64,000 bases of DNA from Actinomycetota bacterium (GTDB lineage: Bacteria > Actinomycetota > Acidimicrobiia > Spongiisociales > UBA4744). A program made the translations under genes and the position numbers. Below are positions 28,726 to 39,433 of this stretch, in pieces. The stretch is from the NCBI GenBank assembly GCA_013152275.1, contig JAADGS010000026.1, positions 62,001 through 126,000 on the forward strand. The letters are read 5' to 3'. Positions within the stretch are counted from its first letter, which is position 1; the number at the start of each line of letters is the position of its first letter. Below the pieces are notes generated by a model that saw nothing but the letters and a program-made list of their open reading frames with translations, had not been told where the DNA came from and did no database searches.

Positions 28726-29145
28726 TCAGTCTGCGATGTCGACCTTGACCTTCTTGGGGAGAACTTCCGGGCGCTTGGGAATGGAGATCTCCAAGATGCC
28801 GTCGCGGTAGGCGGCACTGATCTTGTCGGCGTCGTACTCGTCCGGCAGGTAGATGGCCCGTTGGAACTCACCGTGAGCAATCTCCCTGCGATGATATCCC
28901 TTGCCCTCTTCCTCCTGGTCGAAAGAGCGGGAACCGGAAATCACCAACTCGGAGTTCTCGATGGTGACGTCGATATCTTCGGAGCGCATTCCGGGCAGCT
29001 CGGTTCGGACGATGAGAGCGTCTTCGCGATCGAAGACGTCGACTCGGGGAATCCACGGCCGGTCGACCGGTGTGCCGAATCCCTCGAAGAACTGGTCCAG
29101 GTCCCTTGCGACGCTGAACGGATCATAACGGAGCAGAGCACGCAT
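28726..29145 (-). CDS. Hsp20 / alpha-crystallin small heat-shock protein
   Basis: WIPRVDV, ELPGM, REIAHGEFQR, AAYRDGILEISIPK. Confidence 0.95.
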   Translation of the reverse strand: MRALLRYDPFSVARDLDQFFEGFGTPVDRPWIPRVDVFDREDALIVRTELPGMRSEDIDVTIENSELVISGSRSFDQEEEGKGYHRREIAHGEFQRAIYLPDEYDADKISAAYRDGILEISIPKRPEVLPKKVKVDIAD

Positions 29146-29186
29146 GACGTTTCTCCTCTCTGTAGGTGCTCAGTAAATCTAACAAC

Positions 29187-29215
29187 AGAATAGTCAGATT
29201 CCATTCCAAGTGCAA
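29187..29215 (-). promoter_or_regulatory. Sigma70-type promoter of hsp20
   Basis: Minus strand TTGCAC-N17-TATTCT in an AT-rich patch. Confidence 0.6.
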
Positions 29216-29278
29216 CTAGAGATATGTCTTGGCGGCAAGGCATCCTGCTCGTGTGTGGGCCATCGGTAGGATAGATTC

Positions 29279-30205
29279 ATGGCGGTAATCGGTATCGACC
29301 TGGGCGGCACGAAGATGTCGGGCGGTGTCGTCTCGGCGGATGGAAGCGTGGCGCACAGGGTCGAACGTTCGCGGCCTCGGGACTCCGCGGGAATGGTCGA
29401 GGATCCCAAAGCACTCGTGCGGCAATTGATCACGCCAGAGATCCGTGGGATCGGCCTGGGGGTTGCCGGGCTCGTGACGGCGGATGGGATCATGGAATGG
29501 GGTCCGAACGTTGTCGGCAGACGCATCGCGTTTCGGAGGATCCTGCACGAGGAGTTCTCTCTTCCTGTCATCGTCGACAACGACGCCAATTTCGCCGCGC
29601 TCGCGGAGGCGACGCTCGGAGCCGGAGTGGGCCATCGCTCGGTTCTGATGGCGACGCTCGGAACGGGGATGGGTGGAGGATTGGTCATCGATGGCGAGGT
29701 GTATCGCGGCAGAGGGTTCGCCGGTGAGATCGGCCATGTCGTCGTGGACGTCGGTGGGCCACTGTGCACGTGCGGTCGGCAGGGTTGCTGGGAGACGTTT
29801 GCCTCCGGGCGGCGACTCGATCAAATGGCACGAGATGCCGTCGCAGCGGATCCCCACGGAAGAATCGGCAAGCTTGCCGCGGGGGCGATACCCGACGGGC
29901 GCCACCTCACCCAGGCTGCGATCGACGGGGATGCGGAGGCGCGTGGGCTCGTTGCAGAAGTCGGCGGATGGCTTGGCGTGGGGCTCGCCAATCTGATCGC
30001 CGTGCTCGATCCCGACGTGGTTGTGGTGGGCGGCGGTGTTTCGCGTCTCGGAGAGATCCTCCTCCGGCCCGCACAGCGTGCCATTGCTGCAACACTGGAA
30101 GGGTACGATGTACGCGCGCCGACTCCGGTCGTGGCGGCTGCTTTCGGCGAGGATTCGGCACTGGTGGGCGCAGGCCTGGCGGCCGCGAAGGAGTCCGATG
30201 TCTGA
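29279..30205 (+). CDS. glkA: ROK-family glucokinase
   Basis: IGIDLGGTK, VDNDANFAA, TLGTGMGGG, GEIGH, CTCGRQGCWE. Confidence 0.88.
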   Translation: MAVIGIDLGGTKMSGGVVSADGSVAHRVERSRPRDSAGMVEDPKALVRQLITPEIRGIGLGVAGLVTADGIMEWGPNVVGRRIAFRRILHEEFSLPVIVDNDANFAALAEATLGAGVGHRSVLMATLGTGMGGGLVIDGEVYRGRGFAGEIGHVVVDVGGPLCTCGRQGCWETFASGRRLDQMARDAVAADPHGRIGKLAAGAIPDGRHLTQAAIDGDAEARGLVAEVGGWLGVGLANLIAVLDPDVVVVGGGVSRLGEILLRPAQRAIAATLEGYDVRAPTPVVAAAFGEDSALVGAGLAAAKESDV

Positions 30206-30617
30206 CACTCTGTATCCCGACGAGGTCATCGGGCCCGACGGTGCCCGATCCGGTGGCGCTCACCGCCCGCTCAAGGAGGCGATGCTGGCGCTTCCGAACA
30301 TGGTCAAGCTCGTCGGCCGGCTGGTTCGTGACCCGAGGGTCCCCGCTCGGAGCAAGGCGTTCGCCATTCTCGCCGCGGGGTACGTACTGTCGCCCATTGA
30401 TCTGGTACCCGACTTCATTCCGTTTCTCGGCCAGTCCGACGATGCTCTTGTCGTGATTCTGGCTCTACACCGGCTGATTCGTTCGGCGGGAGAAGACATC
30501 GTACTGGAACACTGGGATGGCTCCCAGGACGTGCTTGCCATCGTCGAGAACGTCGTGGACCTTGCTGCGGGCCTGGTTCCGGCGAGGCTGTCCTGGTTGG
30601 CACGGCGGCTCGGTTGA
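30198..30617 (+). CDS. YkvA/DUF1232-family membrane protein
   Basis: DPRVP, YVLSPIDLVPDFIPFLGQSDD, HWDG. Confidence 0.88.
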   Translation: MSDTLYPDEVIGPDGARSGGAHRPLKEAMLALPNMVKLVGRLVRDPRVPARSKAFAILAAGYVLSPIDLVPDFIPFLGQSDDALVVILALHRLIRSAGEDIVLEHWDGSQDVLAIVENVVDLAAGLVPARLSWLARRLG

Positions 30618-31411
30618 GGATCCCGGTCTCCGTCACGCTTCCACAATTCACGGGTGACCCGGATACGGTGCCGGCGGCTGCGGTGCGCGCCGAATCGCTC
30701 GGGTTCGACGGGGTCTTCCTCTTCGACCACCTCTTTCCCCTCGACGACAGGGATCGACCGATAGTCGAGTCGTTCGTTGTGCTTGGATCGGTGGTCGCGG
30801 CGACACATGAAATCCGGGTCGGCACCCTGGTCCTGCGCGCTCCGATGAGGAATCCGGAGGCTGCCGCTCGAGCGGTCCTGACGGCCCAGGCACTCGGTGG
30901 AGGAAGAGTCACGTGCGGTCTCGGCACCGGTGATTCTCTTTCTCGTCCCGAGTTCGATGCGTACGGGATCACTTTTGGAAGTGTCGAAGAGCGTCTTTCC
31001 ATGGTGAGCGAGACGATCGAAGCGATTCGTCGGCGTGAGCTGCCGGTCTCGGATCGGGTGCCGATCTGGGTTGGGGGCACGTCACGAGCCGTTCAGGACC
31101 TTGCCGCTCGATCGGCCGACGGCTGGAACGTGTGGGCGGCGGAAGCCGATTGGCTCGCCAGGCGCCGTCACGATGCGCCGGTTGCGGGAACGATCAGTTG
31201 GGGCGGTCAGGTTCTGCTTGCCCGCGACGATGCGGATCTCGCGGATGCCGTCGCTCGGCGTGGATCGACCAGGGGAGTGATGACCGGAACGGTTGCATCC
31301 CTTCCCGGGAAGCTTCGGCGACTTGCCGATGCAGGGATCGACGAGTTCGTGCTCTCCCTCCTTGGCAACACGTGGGATCTGTTTGCGGCCGAAGTACTCC
31401 CTCTCCTCTGA
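30614..31411 (+). CDS. LLM-class flavin/F420-dependent oxidoreductase
   Basis: AESLGFDGVFLFDHL, IRVGTLV, PIWVGG, ADGWN. Confidence 0.85.
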   Translation: MRIPVSVTLPQFTGDPDTVPAAAVRAESLGFDGVFLFDHLFPLDDRDRPIVESFVVLGSVVAATHEIRVGTLVLRAPMRNPEAAARAVLTAQALGGGRVTCGLGTGDSLSRPEFDAYGITFGSVEERLSMVSETIEAIRRRELPVSDRVPIWVGGTSRAVQDLAARSADGWNVWAAEADWLARRRHDAPVAGTISWGGQVLLARDDADLADAVARRGSTRGVMTGTVASLPGKLRRLADAGIDEFVLSLLGNTWDLFAAEVLPLL

Positions 31412-31483
31412 GTCGCGAGTTGCCTCACCGGTAACCCCCGTACCGGGTACGTGTCAACTACCCTGCCGGAAACGGAGGTCAAG

Positions 31484-32653
31484 GTGCAGTTCCGGCGTAT
31501 TGAGAATCTACCGCCCTATGTGTTCGCAGAGGTCGATGCCGCGAAGCGGGAAGCGCGTCGCGCCGGTGTGGATGTCATCGACCTCGGATTCGGGAATCCG
31601 GACATTCCATCGCCACCGATCGCCGTCGCCAAGCTGGTCGAAGCGGCCCAGAACCCGAGGAATCACCGGTACTCCGCATCACGCGGCATTCCCAACCTGC
31701 GCAAGGCGGTCGCAGCCCGATACCGGCGGCGATTCGACGTCGAGATCGATCCCGAAACCGAGGTCATCACGACTATCGGTGCGAAGGAGGGTCTGGCCCA
31801 CCTCATGTGGGCGCTCGTGCAGCCGGGAGATGTGGCCCTCGTGCCCGAGCCCAGCTATCCGATTCACATCTACGCAGCCGTGCTGGCAGGTGCAGATGTG
31901 CGACGTGTCCCGCTGGGACTGGGGGAGGACTTCTTCGGCCGTCTCGCCACCGTCTTCTCCGACAGCTGGCCCCGACCGCGGGTCATCCTCACCTCGTTCC
32001 CCCACAACCCGACGACCTCCTGCGTAGATCTGAGCTTCTTCGAGCGACTCGTCGCCTTCGCCAAAGAGAATGAAGTGATGCTCGTCCACGACTTCGCATA
32101 TGCAGATATCTCGTTCGATGGATACGTGCCTCCGAGTCTCCTCGAGGTGCCGGGTGCCAAAGACGTCGGCGTGGAGCTCTACACGATGACGAAGGGACAT
32201 TCGATGGCGGGATGGCGTATCGGCTTCGCCGTCGGCAACAGGGAGATGATTGCTGCGCTGGCGAAGCTCAAGTCGTATCTCGACTACGGCACGTTTCAGC
32301 CGATCCAGATCGCATCGATCGTCGCTCTCAACGAAGGCGACAGCTATGTAGCCGAGGTGCGCGACATCTACCGGACACGCAGGGACGCGTTGATCGACGG
32401 ACTTGCGAGGGCTGGATGGGAGATTCCCCGCCCTCAGGGGACGATGTTTGCCTGGGCCCCCCTTCCGTCCGGATTCGAAGACCTGGGATCGCTCGCGTTC
32501 GCCTTCGAACTGCTCGAGGAGGCGAAGGTGGCGGTCAGCCCCGGTGTGGGGTTTGGGCCCCACGGCGAGGGTTTCGTACGTTTCGCCCTCGTCGAGAACG
32601 AGCATCGCATCCGCCAGGCGGTGCGGGGGATCAAGCGGTTTCTGGAGCGATAG
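31484..32653 (+). CDS. alaC: Class I/II aminotransferase, AlaC-like
   Basis: [60 protein letters not shown]. Confidence 0.85.
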   Translation: MQFRRIENLPPYVFAEVDAAKREARRAGVDVIDLGFGNPDIPSPPIAVAKLVEAAQNPRNHRYSASRGIPNLRKAVAARYRRRFDVEIDPETEVITTIGAKEGLAHLMWALVQPGDVALVPEPSYPIHIYAAVLAGADVRRVPLGLGEDFFGRLATVFSDSWPRPRVILTSFPHNPTTSCVDLSFFERLVAFAKENEVMLVHDFAYADISFDGYVPPSLLEVPGAKDVGVELYTMTKGHSMAGWRIGFAVGNREMIAALAKLKSYLDYGTFQPIQIASIVALNEGDSYVAEVRDIYRTRRDALIDGLARAGWEIPRPQGTMFAWAPLPSGFEDLGSLAFAFELLEEAKVAVSPGVGFGPHGEGFVRFALVENEHRIRQAVRGIKRFLER

Positions 32654-32811
32654 CGCTTCACCTGCCATCACCTGCGGTATCGCCGGCTGATGCACGGCCC
32701 GGATCTCGAAAGTGCCGAGGGTTTCGGTTGACGTGCCGCCTGCCGGCTCCCGGTTGCCCACCGGAACCGCGACGCTCGCCCTGCGGTACCGGGGTCCAGG
32801 TGAGGCCGGGG

Positions 32812-32839
32812 CGCCGGGTACCGAACACCAAGTCCGTGA
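32812..32839 (+). repeat. Heptamer tail only (partial element)
   Basis: CGCCGGG TACCGAA CACCAAG TCCGTGA, close to the glgP stop. Confidence 0.45.
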
Positions 32840-32855
32840 GAGCCTTGTGGCAGGG

Positions 32856-34985
32856 CTAGTGCTGCCTGCTCAGCGGAAGATAGGCGTTGGTCGCATACTC
32901 CTTGACCATGCGGTCCGACGAGAAGGCGACCACGGTGGAACGTATCGCTTCTCGCATCATGGCGACCCAGCCGTGAGGGATCCCATCGTCTTGCCGGTCG
33001 TAGTACTTGGGGACGACTTCGTCCTGCAACGTCCGATAGAGGGCGATGGCGTCTTCGTTGTCCTGGGCGGCGTGATCACCGTTACCCCACTCGAGGCCGA
33101 ACGCCCAACCGTTCTTCCCGTTGTGGCCTTCCAACCACCAGCCATCGAGGATGGAGAGGTTCAGTCCTCCGTTGATCGCTGATTTCATCCCGGACGTGCC
33201 GGAGGCCTCGAGCGGCGGTCGGGGGTTGTTCAGCCAGACATCGACTCCTTGAACGAGGTATCTGGCCATTCGCATGTTGTAGTTCTCGAGGAAGTGCACG
33301 TGGCCGCCCAGTTCGGGAGTTCGCGACAATTCGACGATGCGGCGAATCAGTCCTTGACCGTTCTGGTCGGCCGGGTGTGCCTTGCCGGCAAAGAGGATTT
33401 GTACCGGCCGGTCGGGGTTCGTGAGAATCGCCTGGAGCCAGGGCATGTTGTGGAACAGGAGCAGGGCTCTCTTGTACGTGGCAAACCTCCGGGCGAAACC
33501 GATGGTGAGGCGGTCCGGAGCGAGGATATTCGCGACGGCGCGCAAGGCGTCCGGGGACGCTCCCTGCCGCGCCTGCTGCTCCAAGATCCTGCCTCGAGCG
33601 AATCGAGAGAGGAGACGCTTCTCGCCGGCATGGATCTCCCACAGCCGTTGATCGGAGATCTCGTCGAGTCTGCTGATCGCCGAGGGATCGTCGATCAATG
33701 TGCGGTGCCACTGCGGGCCATAGATCTCGGTGAGGAGTCGCTGGTAGCCACGGCTGAGCCATGTGCTCGGATGGATTCCGTTGGTGATTGCTGCGGCACG
33801 TCCGGGAAGGAGGTGGGCCCAGTCACGCGAAACGATTTCGGCGTGACGTCGGCTCACGCCGTTGATGAACGAGGCGGACCGTATCGCAAGAGCCGTCATG
33901 TTGAAATGCTGCTCGTCACCCTCATGCGCGGCGCCCATTCCGGCGAGTTGTCCCATGTGGATGGACAGGCGGCGGGGCATGTCGCTCAAGTACTTCTCGA
34001 CCAACGGGAAGTCGAAGACTTCGTTTCCTGCGGGCACCGGTGTGTGCAGAGTGAAGGACGTCGTCGCCTTGACCTTCTGCCGAGCCTGTTCCGGCGTGCT
34101 GCCGTCGGCGATCAGGCGGGCTGTTCGCTCCAGCACGCTGAGGGCGGCGTGACCCTCGTTGACATGCCATGTGGTTGGTTCGATTCCGAGCGCAGCCAGT
34201 GCCCGCACGGAGCCGATGCCCAGGATGTACTCCTGCACAAACCGCATCTCGCGGCCCCGAATGTACAGCGTGTGGGTGATCGGCCGATCTGCATCGTCGT
34301 TCTCTTGCAGGTCGGTGTCGAGCAACAGGATCGGTACGCGACCGACCTGGACCTTCCACACGCCGACCCTGATCTGTCGCCCAGGCAGATCGACATCGAC
34401 TTTGAGCTGGCCTCCGGTCGGTCCGGCAACTTGCTGTGTCGGTAGGCGCACCGGGTCTACCACGGGATAGGTGTGCTGTTGGTCTCCGACGGCGTCGACT
34501 TCCTGGCGGAAGTACCCTCGCCGATAGAGGAGACCGCAGGCAACGAGCGGAACGCCGAGATCCGAGGCGGATTTCGTGTGGTCACCCGCCAGCACGCCCA
34601 GTCCACCCGAGTACGTGGGGAGCAGGTTGTCGACTCCGTATTCGGCACAGAGGTAGGCGATGGGTCCCGCCGAGCCAGGTTCCATCGAAGCCCACCACGT
34701 GTTCTCCGGACGCATGTACGCGTCGAAGCGGCGGATCAGCTCTTCATAGAGGTCCTGAAAGTCACTGCTTTCCTCCAGGTTTCGCCACGTGGAGCGGTCG
34801 ACGGCTCCGAGAAGCTCGACCGGGTTCCGGTAGCGAGTCCACAGATCTGCGTCGATCATTCGCCAGAGGCGGCTGCCGCCCGACCATGTCCACCACATGT
34901 TGTATGCGAGGTCATAGAGTCGTGAAAACGCCGAGGGCAGCGGCAGTTCACCATCGGGCAGTACGGGGATCTGTACATTCGTCAC
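32856..34985 (-). CDS. glgP: Alpha-glucan (glycogen) phosphorylase
   Basis: LAYNMWWTW, YSGGLGVLAGDH, HVNEGH, FARRFATYKR, EASGTSGMKS; start approximate. Confidence 0.95.
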   Translation of the reverse strand: MTNVQIPVLPDGELPLPSAFSRLYDLAYNMWWTWSGGSRLWRMIDADLWTRYRNPVELLGAVDRSTWRNLEESSDFQDLYEELIRRFDAYMRPENTWWASMEPGSAGPIAYLCAEYGVDNLLPTYSGGLGVLAGDHTKSASDLGVPLVACGLLYRRGYFRQEVDAVGDQQHTYPVVDPVRLPTQQVAGPTGGQLKVDVDLPGRQIRVGVWKVQVGRVPILLLDTDLQENDDADRPITHTLYIRGREMRFVQEYILGIGSVRALAALGIEPTTWHVNEGHAALSVLERTARLIADGSTPEQARQKVKATTSFTLHTPVPAGNEVFDFPLVEKYLSDMPRRLSIHMGQLAGMGAAHEGDEQHFNMTALAIRSASFINGVSRRHAEIVSRDWAHLLPGRAAAITNGIHPSTWLSRGYQRLLTEIYGPQWHRTLIDDPSAISRLDEISDQRLWEIHAGEKRLLSRFARGRILEQQARQGASPDALRAVANILAPDRLTIGFARRFATYKRALLLFHNMPWLQAILTNPDRPVQILFAGKAHPADQNGQGLIRRIVELSRTPELGGHVHFLENYNMRMARYLVQGVDVWLNNPRPPLEASGTSGMKSAINGGLNLSILDGWWLEGHNGKNGWAFGLEWGNGDHAAQDNEDAIALYRTLQDEVVPKYYDRQDDGIPHGWVAMMREAIRSTVVAFSSDRMVKEYATNAYLPLSRQH

Positions 34986-35202
34986 AGCCCAGAGAGGATA
35001 GTCCTCTACGGCGCCGGAGTCTTCACAAGATGCCCGTCGCAGTCTGAGAGCCTGCCGAGCAGTGCACGGCGTGCCTCTTGGAGCCGGCGGCGGGGGATTG
35101 CCTGGCGAAATCACGGGCTCAAGTCCCGTCTTCGCTTCATCAGATTCTCCGCGTCGATGAGGCCTGCCGGTCGACGCGAGGTGTTACGTCCGGGCTCCGA
35201 TG

Positions 35203-35273
35203 GCCGCCCCGCGGTTTGACATCAAAAGTCCATCGCGACACGAAACAGGAAGTACGCAGTAGGAAGCACGCGA
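35203..35273 (+). repeat. Dispersed head+heptamer element, copy E
   Basis: GCCGCCCCGCGGTTTGACA...TCGCGA then CACGAAA CAGGAAG TACGCAG TAGGAAG CACGCGA. Confidence 0.7.
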
Positions 35274-35346
35274 GCGAAGCGGGCCGCCGATGTGCGCACC
35301 GCCGCCACCCGGCGGGTGTACTGTGCACCGCGAAACGGGAGGTTGG

Positions 35347-36396
35347 ATGGCGTTTGTAGAGGGCATCGCGGATTTCCGATCCGATACGGTGACCAGGCCG
35401 ACTGCGGAGATGCGTAGAGCGATGGCCGAGGCCGAGGTCGGAGACGACGTCTACGGAGAAGATCCGACCGTGAATGCGCTCGAGCAGGAAGCTGCAGCCG
35501 CAGTCGGGAAAGCGGCAGCGGTATTCACCCCGACGGGCAGTATGGCAAATCAATTGGCTTTGAACACACTCGTCCGGCCAGGGGACGAAGCACTCTGTGT
35601 GGCGAGCGCACACGTGCGCCAGTACGAAGTCGGGGCTGCTGCAGCCATCTCGGGGGTTCAGTTCAGAACGGTGGAGTCCTGTGACGGGGGCATTCTGCCC
35701 GAAGATGTCGAGGCCGCCGTTGCGGGCGCCGGCTACCACCTGCCTCGCGTGAGCCTCCTCGTCTGGGAGAACCCACTGACCTCGACGGGGGGTACCGTCG
35801 TTGCACTCGAGACCATGCGAGCGACCACCGCTACGGCGAGACGTCTCGGAATCCCCGTGCATCTGGACGGAGCGAGGATCTTCAATGCGGCGCTGGCGCT
35901 CGGTGTGGAAGCCACATCGATTGCCGCCGAGGCCGATACGGTGATGTTTTGCTTTTCCAAAGGGCTCGGCGCTCCCATCGGGTCGGTGCTCTGTGGTTCC
36001 GAGGATGTCATCGAAGAGGCGAGGTTTCGCCGTAAGCGTCTCGGTGGCGGTATGCGGCAGGTCGGCGTCATCGCAGCCGCAGCTCGGGTCGCGCTGCGTG
36101 ACCGGGACCATCTCGAGGCCGATCACAGGCTGGCTCGTCGCCTCGGTGAGGAGATCGCAGAGCGGTTTCCCTCTTCGGTGAGAATGGAGCAGATCCAGAC
36201 GAACATGGTGATCGTCGACAGTGAGGGCTTGCCGGTCGATGTCGACGCGCTGATCGGCAGCCTCGCCGACGTCGGTGTCCTTGTGGGAGAGATGTCTCCT
36301 GGGATCCTGCGTTTCGCGACACACCGGGATGTGGACGATCGAGATGTCGACCGGGTGCTCGGGGTGCTCGAAACCTTGCCTACGGAGTCCGGGTAA
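35347..36396 (+). CDS. ltaE: Low-specificity L-threonine aldolase
   Basis: [47 protein letters not shown]. Confidence 0.94.
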   Translation: MAFVEGIADFRSDTVTRPTAEMRRAMAEAEVGDDVYGEDPTVNALEQEAAAAVGKAAAVFTPTGSMANQLALNTLVRPGDEALCVASAHVRQYEVGAAAAISGVQFRTVESCDGGILPEDVEAAVAGAGYHLPRVSLLVWENPLTSTGGTVVALETMRATTATARRLGIPVHLDGARIFNAALALGVEATSIAAEADTVMFCFSKGLGAPIGSVLCGSEDVIEEARFRRKRLGGGMRQVGVIAAAARVALRDRDHLEADHRLARRLGEEIAERFPSSVRMEQIQTNMVIVDSEGLPVDVDALIGSLADVGVLVGEMSPGILRFATHRDVDDRDVDRVLGVLETLPTESG

Positions 36397-36427
36397 CCGG
36401 AGTCCGTGCTGTCGGGTCTGAATCCCC

Positions 36428-37354
36428 GTGCGTTTCGCGATCCTCTTTCCGGGACAAGGCAGTCAGCGCGTCGGCATGGGCGCCGACCTGTTCGATGCGC
36501 GCCCCGACCTGCTCGGTGAAGCCGCCGATGAGATCCTTGGATGGTCGCTGAGAGATGTGTGCCTGAACGGCCCGGAAGAGGCCTTGACGAGAACCGATCG
36601 CGCCCAGGCGGCCCTGTTCGCTCTCGGCTATGCAATGTGGGCCGAGTTCTCGGCATGCCTCGACACCGCACCTGTGGCCGCTGCTGGGCACTCCCTGGGC
36701 GAATACACGGCACTCGCGGCCGCAGGAGCGTTCGACTATCGAACTGCGCTCCGCCTCGTCTCGATTCGCGGAGAGGCGATGGCCGCGGCTGCAGATCGGG
36801 AGCCGTCCGGGATGGCTGCGCTGATCGGCGTGGACGAAGAGAAGGCCGAAGCCATCAGTGCGGGTCGGAGAGCCGACGGTGGCCGGATGTGGGTCGCGAA
36901 CATCAACGCTCCCGGTCAGATCGTTGTCGCAGGGGGTCGAGCGGACATCGACTGGATCGTGGCGAGGGGGCGGGATCTCGGTGTGCGGCGCGTCATTCCA
37001 CTCAACGTCGCCGGTGCCTTCCACTCACCGTTCATGGCCACTGCCGCTTCTCGAGTGGGCGAAGCGTTGCGTGACGTCGCGATGGGACCGTTTTCGTTCC
37101 CGGTGTACGCAAATGTCACGGGACATCCCTACCCTGAGCGCCAAGTCGCCGATCTCCTTGAACGCCAGGTCGTCGAACCGGTGCGATTTGCCGAAGTGCT
37201 CAAGAACATGGATGTGGATGCCTTCGTTCATGTTGGACCGGGCGACGTAACCGCCGGGATGGCCAGGAAGACGGTGAAGGACGCCGTCGTGATGGTTGCC
37301 GGGGATACGACGAGCCTTGTAGCAATCGCACAACGACTGAGCGAGGAGCGATGA
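36428..37354 (+). CDS. fabD: Malonyl-CoA:ACP transacylase
   Basis: FPGQGSQ, GHSLGEY, AGAFHS. Confidence 0.95.
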   Translation: MRFAILFPGQGSQRVGMGADLFDARPDLLGEAADEILGWSLRDVCLNGPEEALTRTDRAQAALFALGYAMWAEFSACLDTAPVAAAGHSLGEYTALAAAGAFDYRTALRLVSIRGEAMAAAADREPSGMAALIGVDEEKAEAISAGRRADGGRMWVANINAPGQIVVAGGRADIDWIVARGRDLGVRRVIPLNVAGAFHSPFMATAASRVGEALRDVAMGPFSFPVYANVTGHPYPERQVADLLERQVVEPVRFAEVLKNMDVDAFVHVGPGDVTAGMARKTVKDAVVMVAGDTTSLVAIAQRLSEER

Positions 37355-38436
37355 CGAACGCCACGATCACCGGATGGGGAAGATGCGCCCCCCCGACCGT
37401 CCTTTCCAACAAAGATCTCGAGAAGCTCACCGACACGTCGGGCGAGTGGGTTATGACCCGCACCGGTATCGAAGAACGCAGGATCTCCCATGTTGGGACC
37501 TCCGATCTGGCGGCGGTTGCCTCATTTCGCGCTCTCGCTGCAGCAGGCCTTGAGCCGTCAGATCTGGATCTCATCGTCTTGGCCACATGCACGGGCGATT
37601 CGGTCATCCCCAGTCCGGCAACCCTGCTGCAGGCGAAGCTCAAGGCCGTCAACGCCGCGGCATTCGACCTGAATGCAGCATGCTCGGGTTGGATCTACGG
37701 CCTCGATGTCGCCACACAGATGATCCGGGGTGGAGGGCATCGCCGGGTGCTGCTCGTTGCCGCCGAGCGTCTGTCTCACTATCTCGACTTTACGAATCGC
37801 AGCACGGCCGTTCTCTTCGGTGACGGGGCAGGTGCCGTCATCCTGGAGCCGACCGAGGGTGAAGACGGCGTCCGCTCCGTCACCATCGGTTCGGACGGCG
37901 AAGCCGCAGGGTTGCTCTGTGTTCCAAACGTCGGGACATCGGGCGATCGCTACCAGGGGCCGGACAGGTCCGCCTACGGAGTCGTGATGGACGGTCCGGA
38001 GGTGTTCAAGCGAGCCGTCAAAGCGATGGGCGCCGCCGCGATCAAGGTCGTGAATGACGCAGGCCTCGATCTGGCGGATATCGATCTTCTCATCCCTCAT
38101 CAGGCGAACATTCGGATCATCGACGCCACCGCCCGGCGGCTGAGACTCAAGCCCGGCCAGGTGTTCGTGAACATACAACGCTACGGCAACACATCCGCCG
38201 CGACGATTCCGATGGCGTTGACCGAGGCACTCGAGGGGGGCAACGTTCATCCGGGAGACAACCTGGTGTTTGCGGCTTTCGGTGCGGGACTGACCTGGGC
38301 GGCGGCGCTCGTCCGGTGGGGCGAACGTACGACGCCGCTCGGAACGAGCGACGCAGAGTTGCCACCGACCGATGCGGATGTCTTCTCACTGCTGGAGGGG
38401 AACGTTCGGTTTTTCGGAAATGGGGTCAGATCGTGA
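37351..38436 (+). CDS. fabH: 3-oxoacyl-ACP synthase III
   Basis: DLNAACSG, PHQANIRI, YGNTSAA, FGAGLTW; C-terminal extension. Confidence 0.95.
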   Translation: MTNATITGWGRCAPPTVLSNKDLEKLTDTSGEWVMTRTGIEERRISHVGTSDLAAVASFRALAAAGLEPSDLDLIVLATCTGDSVIPSPATLLQAKLKAVNAAAFDLNAACSGWIYGLDVATQMIRGGGHRRVLLVAAERLSHYLDFTNRSTAVLFGDGAGAVILEPTEGEDGVRSVTIGSDGEAAGLLCVPNVGTSGDRYQGPDRSAYGVVMDGPEVFKRAVKAMGAAAIKVVNDAGLDLADIDLLIPHQANIRIIDATARRLRLKPGQVFVNIQRYGNTSAATIPMALTEALEGGNVHPGDNLVFAAFGAGLTWAAALVRWGERTTPLGTSDAELPPTDADVFSLLEGNVRFFGNGVRS

Positions 38437-39167
38437 GCAGAGTCGCATTGGTCACCGGTGGATCTCGCGGCATCGGCCGAGCCATCGCCCTGCTACTCGC
38501 CGAGCGCGGGCATCGTGTTGCGGTCAATTACTCGAAGGGTGCCGAGGCTGCAGAGGGAGTCGTTGGCACCATCATCGAGCGTGGTGGAGACGCGTTGGCG
38601 GTACAGGCAGACGTGGGGTCCAACGACGCCGTCACTTCGATGTTCCAGCGCGTCGCCGATCGGCTGGGCCCGGTCGACGTGCTCGTCAACAACGCAGGCA
38701 TAACCCGTGACGCGCTATTGCTCAGAATGAACGTCGACACGTGGGATGAGGTCATCCGGACCAACCTGACATCGGTGTACCTCTGCACCAAACATGCCCT
38801 CCGTTCCATGGTGCGAGCCCGGTGGGGTCGCGTCATCACGATCGGCTCGGTGGCGGGTCTTGCGGGGAACCCGGGCCAGGCCAACTACGCGGCCACAAAG
38901 GCGGCGATCGTCGGGTTCACGAAGTCTGTGGCCAAGGAGGTCGGATCCAGGGGGATCACGGTCAATGTGATCGCTCCGGGATTCGTGGAGACCGATCTGA
39001 CTGCCGGTCTGCCGGAGGAGACGAAAGCGGCTGCCACGGCCTCCATTGCTCTCCGGAGATGGGGAACTCCGGCGGAGATCGCGTCTGCAGTCGGCTATCT
39101 TGCATCGGACGAAGCTTCGTACATCTCGGGTCACGTGCTCGTTGTGGACGGAGGGTTGGCTCTATGA
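38433..39167 (+). CDS. fabG: 3-oxoacyl-ACP reductase
   Basis: TGGSRGIG, NNAGITRD, NYAATKA. Confidence 0.95.
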   Translation: MSRVALVTGGSRGIGRAIALLLAERGHRVAVNYSKGAEAAEGVVGTIIERGGDALAVQADVGSNDAVTSMFQRVADRLGPVDVLVNNAGITRDALLLRMNVDTWDEVIRTNLTSVYLCTKHALRSMVRARWGRVITIGSVAGLAGNPGQANYAATKAAIVGFTKSVAKEVGSRGITVNVIAPGFVETDLTAGLPEETKAAATASIALRRWGTPAEIASAVGYLASDEASYISGHVLVVDGGLAL

Positions 39168-39182
39168 CAGAGAGGAAGAATC

Positions 39183-39428
39183 ATGGATCGAGCGGAGATC
39201 GAGGTCAGGCTCAAGAACCTCCTCGTTTCGGAACTGGGAATCGACGAGACGAAGATCACGCCGGAGGCGAGATTCGAGACTGATCTCGAAGTCGACTCAC
39301 TTGGTGTCGTCGAGCTGCTGATGGCTCTCGAAGATGAGTTCGGGGTCACGATTCCGGACGAGGATGCCGAAGGCATCGGGACCGTGAGCCAGGCCGTCGA
39401 CGTGGTCATCGCCAAGCTCGGGGCCTGA
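39183..39428 (+). CDS. acpP: Acyl carrier protein
   Basis: DLEVDSLGVVELLMALEDEFG. Confidence 0.96.
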   Translation: MDRAEIEVRLKNLLVSELGIDETKITPEARFETDLEVDSLGVVELLMALEDEFGVTIPDEDAEGIGTVSQAVDVVIAKLGA

Positions 39429-39433
39429 TCGAC

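Noticed and set aside
29190..29216. CIRCE or HAIR operator upstream of hsp20
   Set aside because: Only the left CIRCE half is partly matched (GTTGCACTT). The right arm and the HAIR consensus are absent.
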